A stretch of DNA of 64,000 bases from Candidatus Krumholzibacteriota bacterium (lineage in GTDB: Bacteria > Krumholzibacteriota > Krumholzibacteriia > JAJRXK01). The notes under the pieces were generated by a model, which did no database searches, was not told where the DNA came from, and was given only the letters and a program-made list of their open reading frames with translations. Positions 56,415 through 64,000 of the stretch are shown one piece after another. The stretch covers positions 1 to 64,000 of the forward strand of contig CAVSGG010000012.1 in assembly GCA_963727455.1 (NCBI GenBank), given 5' to 3'. Every line of letters begins with the position of its first letter. The first letter of the stretch is position 1. The position numbers and the translations under genes are program-made.

Positions 56415-58043
56415 TTAGTGGAGGCGCCAGAGTTCGAGCTGCTCCCCTCTCCAAAGAGGAGTGCCCCAGCCCTCCAGTGAACTCGCCATTCCGCGCGTCA
56501 CGACGACTTCGTTTACTCCGTCTCGTTTCAGATCGGCCACGCAGTATTCGTTCACCCCCCGGCAGCAAGATCGTCGCAGTCGCCGCACTTCCATGGGAAC
56601 AAAGCCGCTGCTGCCGCCGGCTACCGGGCGCCCACTGAGTGCCGACCAGAGCATGCACCTCGCATCCAGAGTCGTCTCCTCCTCTTCGTTGCAAGGGGCG
56701 GGCATCGCGATCCAAGCTCCTCTGTCCGTATCACCCGCGAGAGCGGAGAGCAAGGCCTGCTCTTCGCGATCGGGCTGGGCCCGCACCCTCTGCAAAGTTC
56801 CTGGCAGAAGATCCAGGAGCGCGAGAACCAGAAAGGACATCAGAAGCAGACGCAGCGGGCGAGGCATCGAAAGCGTGCGCCACTGCATGGCGGCGTAGCT
56901 GCCCGCGAGCGCAAGGAACAGAGTTCCCGGCAGGAAGAGCCGCGTGGGCGCCCGCAGCGATTGCAGGGCCCAAAACCGATCCTGGAGCCAGGCCAAAGGC
57001 AGTGGGACCTCGCCCAAGCCCGGCAGGGGCATGCTGCGGCCGAACGCGAGCACGAGGCCACAGATCGTCGCCACGGCCATGCCCCACCACAATGCGCGAG
57101 ATCCGGCCCCATTCGGCCCCCGCAGCGCCTTGAAAAAGCCCCAAAGCGCCACAAAGGGCCATAGCACTCCGGCGTAGAGCACGGGGCGGCCGGCCAGGGC
57201 CTTGGGCCAGGGTAGAAGGTGGACGGCCGGCGGGTGCAAGAGGTCGAAGGGACGCCCGGCGAAAGGTCCCACCGATTCCGGTCCGCGTACGAATCCCGCT
57301 ACCGCATCGGCCGCGTGCTCGTAGGGAACGCCGTTGTATCGCGCCCACAGGAGCCCGCCCGCCAAAAGAAAGCCCAGGCCCAGAGCCGCTTTGCTGCGCA
57401 GCGTGGGCAAAAGGAACAGCACCCCGATGAGCACGGTCATCCATAGCGAGGCTAGATTGTAGAAACCCCACAGAGCTTGCATCACTACCGCGAGCCCGAA
57501 CACGGGCAGTCCGTCCCAGCGACCCTTGGCCACGCGCAAGAGTCCGAAGAGCGCGGCGGGCAGCCATGGGGTCGGCAATTGGTTGAGATGGTGATAGTGG
57601 CCGGCCACCTGGGGACCCACGGTGTAGACGAAAGCGGCGAGAAGGGCGGCCGCGCGGTCCAAGCCCAACTCGCGGCCCAAACGGACCGCGGCCAGAAAGG
57701 CCAGCAAAAGCGTGCCGCACAGACAGAGATTGTAGGCGAGCGCCGGCAGCGCTTTCATTCCCGGCAAGAGCCGGATCAAGAGTGACTGACCGAAGAGGGT
57801 GTCCATGTAGGCCAGGCTAAAGGGGGCCGGCCAGAAGAACGGGGCCTGCCAGGCGCTCTCGTGCAAGGGAGAATGGCGCAACACCCACTGCAGAATTCCG
57901 CACTGCAGCAGCGGATCGAGTCCGCCCGCCAGCGAAGGCAGATCGCGCAGCGGGTTGGCGCGGGCGAGCAGGAGCGGAAGAACCGCCACCAGAACCCCTC
58001 CGGCGATCTGCAGCAGAAGCCATGTCCGATCTTGTCGTTTCAT
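56415..58043 (-). CDS. Polytopic membrane protein, GT-C/YfhO-like
   Basis: About 12 hydrophobic segments; DP..W, APFFWP...LAY.D, LRAPTR, C-terminal GGSSGF. Confidence 0.55.
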   Translation of the reverse strand: MKRQDRTWLLLQIAGGVLVAVLPLLLARANPLRDLPSLAGGLDPLLQCGILQWVLRHSPLHESAWQAPFFWPAPFSLAYMDTLFGQSLLIRLLPGMKALPALAYNLCLCGTLLLAFLAAVRLGRELGLDRAAALLAAFVYTVGPQVAGHYHHLNQLPTPWLPAALFGLLRVAKGRWDGLPVFGLAVVMQALWGFYNLASLWMTVLIGVLFLLPTLRSKAALGLGFLLAGGLLWARYNGVPYEHAADAVAGFVRGPESVGPFAGRPFDLLHPPAVHLLPWPKALAGRPVLYAGVLWPFVALWGFFKALRGPNGAGSRALWWGMAVATICGLVLAFGRSMPLPGLGEVPLPLAWLQDRFWALQSLRAPTRLFLPGTLFLALAGSYAAMQWRTLSMPRPLRLLLMSFLVLALLDLLPGTLQRVRAQPDREEQALLSALAGDTDRGAWIAMPAPCNEEEETTLDARCMLWSALSGRPVAGGSSGFVPMEVRRLRRSCCRGVNEYCVADLKRDGVNEVVVTRGMASSLEGWGTPLWRGEQLELWRLH

Positions 58044-58061
58044 GCTCGAGCGTACCGATCT

Positions 58062-60077
58062 CTAGTTGACGTAGCCCAAGGAACGCAGGCGCGCGCGCAG
58101 TGCGGGATCGTGGATGGCCTCGTGGGGAATCTTGTCGACCTCGTGCCTCCAGCGGTCCAGGGCATCCAGGAGGGCGCGCTCGCGCGGGTTCAAGTCCTTG
58201 GCGGCGATCGTCGAATCCGTTTCGGCGTCGGGACCGCAAGCGTCGATCCGAGAGTACTCCAGCGATTCGTCATCCCGCAGCAGTCCTTCCCCGCCCGCAA
58301 AGATGAAGCGGGTACGCGGTGGACCGTACAGCAGGTCCTCCGCCAAGAGCCGCGGTGGCGCGCACTCACTCGGCCCCGAATCTCCCCGATCGGCATCGGG
58401 CTCGGCCTCGCGCAACTCTTGGCTGCGGCTTCGTCCAAAGACGTAGGGAGCGAGAGTCGAGTCCACCGAACGAATCGCCATGCCGTGCAGAGGCATCGGC
58501 GGCAGCTTGCAGAGCGCGAGCACCGTGGGACCGACATCCGAGAGCTTCATGCCGGCCACGCTTGCGTGCTCTGGCAGATCGAGTCCGCCGAAGGCCAGAG
58601 GAACCCGCAGAAGCTCGCCATAGAGAGTGTGGCCGTGTTCGAAGCCTCCGTGTTCGAAGAACTCCTCCCCGTGATCACTCGCCAACACCCACAAGAGTGG
58701 TCGATCGACCGAGGCCTTCTGTGCCGCTTGCAAAAGTGGTAAAACCTGGTGGTCCAGAAACGCGACCTCGCGCCGATAAAGTTCGTGCAGGGCCGACTTC
58801 TGCGTCTCGCTCAGAGTGTCGATGGCGCTGCGAACCGGGCCGAGATCACGTATTGCGCCATGCGAGAGGAAGGGAGCCAGGGAACTCAACCAGGGCCCGG
58901 GATGCGCATCGTGTAGCTCCCCCTTCGGTCCTCGCACGTGATACGGCAAGTGCGGGTCGATCACGTGGACCCACAGAAGCCACGGCCCCTTTTGCGGGTC
59001 GGGCTGCCGTAGCCACTTCACGGCCTTGCCGATGATTCGATCCCCCCGTTCCAGTCTCTCCTGCAGATGCCGGTGCAGAGTGCGAACCCAGATCATCTGC
59101 TCCACCGACTCCAGGCGTTCCAGACGCCCCGCGTGATCGAAGAAGTCGAAGCCGCGCGCGAAGCCCAATCCCGCTTCCAGGTGCGGGTTGCTGACGTAGG
59201 CCCGCGTGTGCCAACCGTGTCTCTCGAGAATCTCGGGCCACCACGATACTTCGGGGGAAACCCCGCGTTCGTGGTTGGCCCCGTGTCCGGTGGGAGCGAC
59301 GGCCGAAAACAGCGAGGCAAAGCTGGGTCTGGTCCACGGCGCGCAACTGAAGCCCTCGCAACGCACCCCCTGCGCGATCCAGGCGTCAAAACCGGGAGTT
59401 TTGGGCCCGCCGTAGGCCCCCAGGGCATCCTCGCGCAGGGTATCGACGGTGAAGAGCAGGAGATTCGGCGCGTTCGCGCCCGCCGTGGCGCGGCTTTGCT
59501 TCGGGGCAGGAACGCGCAAAGAAAAAAGAGCGGCGCCCATGAGCACGACGAGCGCCACCGACACACCACGAATCCACAGAACTTCGCTCGCCCCCGCTTC
59601 CGTCCAGCGCAACCAGAGCCGGCTGAGGGATGCCGCGAGAAACGCCGCGGCCAGCGTGGCCACGAGCGCGATCAGAAAACCCTCCCAGGCGAAGAGCGTC
59701 GGATGGTGGTAGCTCAGCAGCGGCCAGTGGGAGAAGCGAGCCAGGTAGTCGAGGTCCACCCATAGGGTGGGAAAGAGCGCCGCCAGCCAGACTGCGAACA
59801 GCGCGCCCCGGCCTGCCCCCGACGAGCGGCGCCCGGCCGCCCCGCGCAGCACCCTCCGCAAAAGCAGCATCAGCCCCGCGGGCAGCAAAAAGAGCAGAGC
59901 TTGCAAGCCCGTGATTCCCAGCCACGATGCGCCGTTATGGCGTAGATGGCCGATGGGAGGCGGACCGGTGTGGTGATAGAGACATTCCGCCGCGCCGAGC
60001 AGCGCCCCGCACAGACCAATCAGAGGAAGCACCCGAAGAAGCGAGACGACCCCGCCGCGATCGGAAGAAAGACGCAA
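58062..60077 (-). CDS. Membrane-anchored sulfatase-like (alkaline phosphatase superfamily) protein
   Basis: About 5 N-terminal TM segments; PNLLLFTVDTLR, PWTRPS, DPHLPY, SDHGEEF, EHGH, LRSLGYV. Confidence 0.85.
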   Translation of the reverse strand: MRLSSDRGGVVSLLRVLPLIGLCGALLGAAECLYHHTGPPPIGHLRHNGASWLGITGLQALLFLLPAGLMLLLRRVLRGAAGRRSSGAGRGALFAVWLAALFPTLWVDLDYLARFSHWPLLSYHHPTLFAWEGFLIALVATLAAAFLAASLSRLWLRWTEAGASEVLWIRGVSVALVVLMGAALFSLRVPAPKQSRATAGANAPNLLLFTVDTLREDALGAYGGPKTPGFDAWIAQGVRCEGFSCAPWTRPSFASLFSAVAPTGHGANHERGVSPEVSWWPEILERHGWHTRAYVSNPHLEAGLGFARGFDFFDHAGRLERLESVEQMIWVRTLHRHLQERLERGDRIIGKAVKWLRQPDPQKGPWLLWVHVIDPHLPYHVRGPKGELHDAHPGPWLSSLAPFLSHGAIRDLGPVRSAIDTLSETQKSALHELYRREVAFLDHQVLPLLQAAQKASVDRPLLWVLASDHGEEFFEHGGFEHGHTLYGELLRVPLAFGGLDLPEHASVAGMKLSDVGPTVLALCKLPPMPLHGMAIRSVDSTLAPYVFGRSRSQELREAEPDADRGDSGPSECAPPRLLAEDLLYGPPRTRFIFAGGEGLLRDDESLEYSRIDACGPDAETDSTIAAKDLNPRERALLDALDRWRHEVDKIPHEAIHDPALRARLRSLGYVN

Positions 60078-60122
60078 GGTGATTGCCCCTTAGAGAGTCC
60101 GCACCAGCACCATCGCCGACCC

Positions 60123-61589
60123 TCAGAAAGTCCGCGCCAGCGCCGCAGCTCCGAGGCGAGCCAGGTTGGCCACCGACGAGGGGAACAATCCGATCCAGAG
60201 AAGCAGCACGGCCGCGACGCCCATCGCGGCTGCGGCCTGCACGTCATCCCCGATGTAGGCCTCGTCCTCCGGAGACTTCATGTACAGGTAGACGACGACC
60301 CGCAGGTAGTAGAAGGCCGCCACCGCGCTGTTCAAGAGCGCCACGATGGCCAGACCGATCATCCCCTTGGAAATGACCGCCCCGAACACGTAGAACTTGC
60401 CCCAGAATCCCGCGGTGGGGGGAACCCCGGCCAGGCTTAGCATGCAGATGGTCAGATACAGGCTCACCCAGGGATGACGCTTGGCCAGACCGGCGAAGCC
60501 GCGCAGGTACATGCGCTCGCCCCGGCTCCTGCTCACGAAGGTGATGGCGCCGAAGGCCCCGATGTTCATGAGAGCGTAGACCGCGAGATAGAAGAGAATC
60601 CCACTGGTGGCGGCGTCATGTGTCTCCGGTCCCACCGCCAAAACACCCAGAAGCAAGTAGCCGGCGTGAGCAATGGCGCTGTAGGCCAGCATCCGCTTGA
60701 GGTTGCTCTGAGCCAGGGCGACGATGTTCCCGAAGCTCATGGTGAGGATCGCGAAGGCGATGAGCAGAGGACCCAGCTTCGCGCTCACCACGGGCATCCC
60801 GGTCCACATCACGCGCAGGAGTACGGCGAAGGCGGCTGCCTTGACTCCGGCCGCCATGTATCCGGAAACCGGCGCCGGCGCGCCGGCATAGACGTCCGGC
60901 GTCCACTGATGGAAGGGAACCATGGCGATCTTGAATCCGAGGCCCACGACCAAGAGCCCCCAACCGGCCCAGAACACGGGGTTGGAGCGCAATGCGACGT
61001 TGCCGCCCATGCGCGCGCCCAAAACCTCGAGCTGCGTCGTACCGGTGGTCCCGTAGATCAAGCCGATCCCATAGAGCAAGAAGGCCGAAGCGAAAGCCCC
61101 CAGAATGAGGTACTTGAAACCCGCTTCCTGACTGTGGATGGAGTCGCGCTGCAGAGCGGCCAGGACGTAGACCCCGATCGACATCAATTCGAGCGAGAGA
61201 AAGATCGCCACCAGATCGGTCGAGGACGCCAGCAACATCATGCCCGCGGTGGCGAACAGGATGAGGGGATAGAATTCAGGCATGGGGCGCGTTTGACGGC
61301 GCAGATACACCGCGCCCAGACTCACCGTTAGCAGGCCGGTCAGAACGAAGACGAGATCGAAGAACGAAGAGTACGCGTCGGCGCGGATGAGCCCGTGAAA
61401 GAGAGTGCTTCCCGTGTGCACGATCGAGGAGTTCGCGGCGAGTCCGGCCAGTACAAGAAACATCGCCGACAAAATCGAGAGATGGTCACTCTCGCGCCGG
61501 GGCCAGAATGCCTCGACCATGAGGACCACCACGCCACCGACGACCAGCCACAGAATGGGAGTGATCTGCATCAGCTCGGACCAGCTCAT
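60123..61589 (-). CDS. nuoN: NADH-quinone oxidoreductase subunit N
   Basis: EAGFKY, GFKIAMVPFHQWTPDVY.GAP, KRMLAYSAIAH, SLAGVPP..GF.GK. Confidence 0.95.
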   Translation of the reverse strand: MSWSELMQITPILWLVVGGVVVLMVEAFWPRRESDHLSILSAMFLVLAGLAANSSIVHTGSTLFHGLIRADAYSSFFDLVFVLTGLLTVSLGAVYLRRQTRPMPEFYPLILFATAGMMLLASSTDLVAIFLSLELMSIGVYVLAALQRDSIHSQEAGFKYLILGAFASAFLLYGIGLIYGTTGTTQLEVLGARMGGNVALRSNPVFWAGWGLLVVGLGFKIAMVPFHQWTPDVYAGAPAPVSGYMAAGVKAAAFAVLLRVMWTGMPVVSAKLGPLLIAFAILTMSFGNIVALAQSNLKRMLAYSAIAHAGYLLLGVLAVGPETHDAATSGILFYLAVYALMNIGAFGAITFVSRSRGERMYLRGFAGLAKRHPWVSLYLTICMLSLAGVPPTAGFWGKFYVFGAVISKGMIGLAIVALLNSAVAAFYYLRVVVYLYMKSPEDEAYIGDDVQAAAAMGVAAVLLLWIGLFPSSVANLARLGAAALARTF

Positions 61590-63166
61590 CGTCCCACCTC
61601 CTGCCCTTCCGCGGATCCCGGGGCCCGCTGGTTCAGCTCGACCCACTTCAGCTTCCCGTTCGCGTTCGCCCGCGCCACCTCTCGCTGCTGATACTGGATG
61701 ACGGCGCGCAGGTCGGGTTCCATCTTCTTCAGCCAGGGAGCGGGCTGTACGCCCATCCAGAGGATGAAGAAGAACAGCGGCAGCATCACGAGAGCTTCGC
61801 GCCAGCTGAGGTCCTTCAATCCCTTGTTCGAAGAGTTGGTGCAATCGCCGAGGAACACGCGCTGGTACATCCACAGCATGTAGAGCGCTCCGAGAATGAC
61901 TCCCAGGGCGGCGATCACCGCAAAGCCCATGGCCCAGTTCAAGCTCAGGCTCTTGAAGGCGCCCACGAGTACCAGGAATTCGCCCACGAAACCCGAAAGT
62001 CCGGGAAGGCCCACGCTGGCCAGCATCGCGATCATGAATGCCGTCGCGTACAGAGGCATCACCCGTGCGATGCCGCCGAATTCGCTGATCTCGCGCGTGT
62101 GTCTTCGTTCATAGATGAAGCCCACGAGAAGGAAGAGACTGCCCGTGGCGAGACCGTGGCTCAACATCACGAAGACGGCGCCGGACATCGACTCGACCGT
62201 GAGGGCGAAGAGCCCCAGGACCACGAAGCCCAGATGACTCACCGACGAATACGCCACCAGACGCTTGACGTCTTTTTGCACCATGGCCACCAGGGCCCCG
62301 TACACGATCCCGATGACCGCGAGGACACAGAGGAAAGGAGCAAAACGCGCCACGGCCAAGGGGAAGAAGGGAATGGCGAAGCGCACCAGCCCGTAGGTCC
62401 CCATCTTCAGCAGCACTCCGGCAAGCACCACCGAGCCCACGGTGGGCGCTTCGACGTGCGCGTCGGGCAACCAGGTATGCAGCGGAAAGACGGGCACCTT
62501 GATGGCGAAGGCCACCGTGAACGCACCGAAGAGCCAGGCCTGCTGCGTCGCGCTCAAGGGCATGTTCCTGAAGGCGAACCAAGAGAACGAACCAGCACCC
62601 GCCTTGTACATGTACAGAATTGCGGCGAGCATCAGCACGCTGCCCGCAAAGGTGTACAGGAAGAACTTCACCGAGGCGTAGATTCGGCGCTTGCCGCCCC
62701 AGATTCCGATGATCAGCGCCATCGGGATGAGCATGGCCTCCCAGAACACGTAGAAGAGCACCATGTCGGTGGCGCAGAAGGTTCCGAGCATCGCGGTCTG
62801 AAGCAAAAGCAGGAACACCATGAACTCGCGCACTCGCTCGTGCACCGCGTTCCAGGTGGATACGACCAGGATCGGTCCCAAGAAGGTGGTGAGCAGGAGC
62901 AGCCAGAGGCTAATGCCGTCCAGACCCAGAGCGTAGTGAATCCCCAGGCGCGGGATCCAGTTGGTGTTTTCCACGAAGCGAAATCCGACTCCGGATTCGA
63001 AACCACTCAGGAGCCTCAAACTCAGAAGGAAGTCCAAGAGCAAGACGAGGGCGGCAACCAGCTTGGCGCTCTTGTCGCAGCCACGCGGCAGTACGAGGAG
63101 TGGAATGACTCCGAGCAAGGGCAGGAAGATCACCCAACTGAGGAGATGATTTACAATCACTTCCAT
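61586..63166 (-). CDS. nuoM: NADH-quinone oxidoreductase subunit M
   Basis: LDGIS, FYVFWE, PLHTWLPDAHVEAP, LLKMG.YG, AYSSVSH, GFVGEF. Confidence 0.96.
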   Translation of the reverse strand: MEVIVNHLLSWVIFLPLLGVIPLLVLPRGCDKSAKLVAALVLLLDFLLSLRLLSGFESGVGFRFVENTNWIPRLGIHYALGLDGISLWLLLLTTFLGPILVVSTWNAVHERVREFMVFLLLLQTAMLGTFCATDMVLFYVFWEAMLIPMALIIGIWGGKRRIYASVKFFLYTFAGSVLMLAAILYMYKAGAGSFSWFAFRNMPLSATQQAWLFGAFTVAFAIKVPVFPLHTWLPDAHVEAPTVGSVVLAGVLLKMGTYGLVRFAIPFFPLAVARFAPFLCVLAVIGIVYGALVAMVQKDVKRLVAYSSVSHLGFVVLGLFALTVESMSGAVFVMLSHGLATGSLFLLVGFIYERRHTREISEFGGIARVMPLYATAFMIAMLASVGLPGLSGFVGEFLVLVGAFKSLSLNWAMGFAVIAALGVILGALYMLWMYQRVFLGDCTNSSNKGLKDLSWREALVMLPLFFFILWMGVQPAPWLKKMEPDLRAVIQYQQREVARANANGKLKWVELNQRAPGSAEGQEVGR

Positions 63167-63175
63167 CTTCCCTTC

Positions 63176-64000
63176 CTAGAGGTGACGAATCAGGTAGAAG
63201 AGGATCACCAACGCACCGAAGGTGAACGAGTAGGCGTACCAGCGAAGCATCCCGTTTTGCAGAAGTCGCAGCACCGAACCCACGATCCCGAGTAAGCGCG
63301 CCGGGCCGTTGACCAGCACCCCATCGATCAGGGAGGCGTCCGTGATCTTGTAGAAGACCGTGTCGCTGATCCAATAACCCGGCTTGACGATGAGCGCCTC
63401 GTAGATCTCGTCCACGAAGTACTTGCCTTTCAGAAGCCAGTAGAGCCGGCCGCCGGCGAAGTTCTTCGCTGCCTGCGCGAGATCGAGACGTCGCGTGTAG
63501 ATGAGTTGGCCCACGACGATTCCCAGCACCGCCAGGGCCAAGGAAGCCAGAGCCAGTGTCCATTCAGTGGCCGCGGATGCGTGGGAGACCGCCGCATGCG
63601 CCGTCTCCATTCCGCCTGCTGCGGCCGCATGTCCGAGTTTTTCCACCAGCGCCGCTTCATCTCCGCCGATCCCCCGTGCAAAGACTGGCTCGAGCCACGC
63701 TTCGAATCGATTGCCTCCACCCAGGAAATGCGGCCAACCGATCCAGCCCCCCACCAGGCTCCCCAGGCCGAGCACCATCAGGGGAACCGTCATCACCAAG
63801 GGGCTCTCCTGCACCTGGTGCGCGTGCTCCTCGTCCACGCGACTCTTGCCGAAGAAGGTGAGGGCCATGAGCCGCATCATGTAAAATGCCGTCAAGCCCG
63901 CCACCGCGAAGCCGATGAACCAGAGCACTTTGCTATCCAGAAAGGTCTTGTACAGGATCTCGTCTTTGGAGAAAAAGCCCGCGAAGGGAAACACCCCCGC
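63176..64000 (-). CDS. nuoL: NADH-quinone oxidoreductase subunit L (5' part outside window)
   Basis: AGFFSKDEIL, LTAFYM.R, ESP..M..PL, YFVDEIY, LQNG..R.Y. Confidence 0.93.
   Translation of the reverse strand, partial: AGVFPFAGFFSKDEILYKTFLDSKVLWFIGFAVAGLTAFYMMRLMALTFFGKSRVDEEHAHQVQESPLVMTVPLMVLGLGSLVGGWIGWPHFLGGGNRFEAWLEPVFARGIGGDEAALVEKLGHAAAAGGMETAHAAVSHASAATEWTLALASLALAVLGIVVGQLIYTRRLDLAQAAKNFAGGRLYWLLKGKYFVDEIYEALIVKPGYWISDTVFYKITDASLIDGVLVNGPARLLGIVGSVLRLLQNGMLRWYAYSFTFGALVILFYLIRHL

Overview
GC-rich bacterial DNA that reads as two unrelated segments joined at ~35,410. The left segment (1-35.4 kb) looks like Verrucomicrobiota (inference from gene content and intergenic repeat style). 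It carries many 1-nt indels that split otherwise normal genes, most likely long-read errors. It encodes carbohydrate and sulfate-ester enzymes, mpl, a pair of Tat-signal fucose-isomerase-like proteins, dksA-rpmG-rpsR, gmd, thiL-tsaE-tsaB, and a hydrazine-synthase-like pair (beta-propeller/di-haem gene plus HzsA-like gene). It also has REP-like inverted repeats and three 11-bp-period tandem arrays. The right segment (35.4-64 kb) is essentially frameshift-free housekeeping DNA of different style: slipin-nfeD, phzF, glnA, phoH, lgt, RNA methyltransferases, metH, SAM hydrolase, NhaC, suhB, amrA, an envelope-modification pair and nuoNML. Two genes on opposite strands are both cut at the junction. 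No rRNA, tRNA, CRISPR array or intact transposase was recognised. All product calls come from motif recognition by eye, not database searches, and coordinates of frameshifted genes are approximate.
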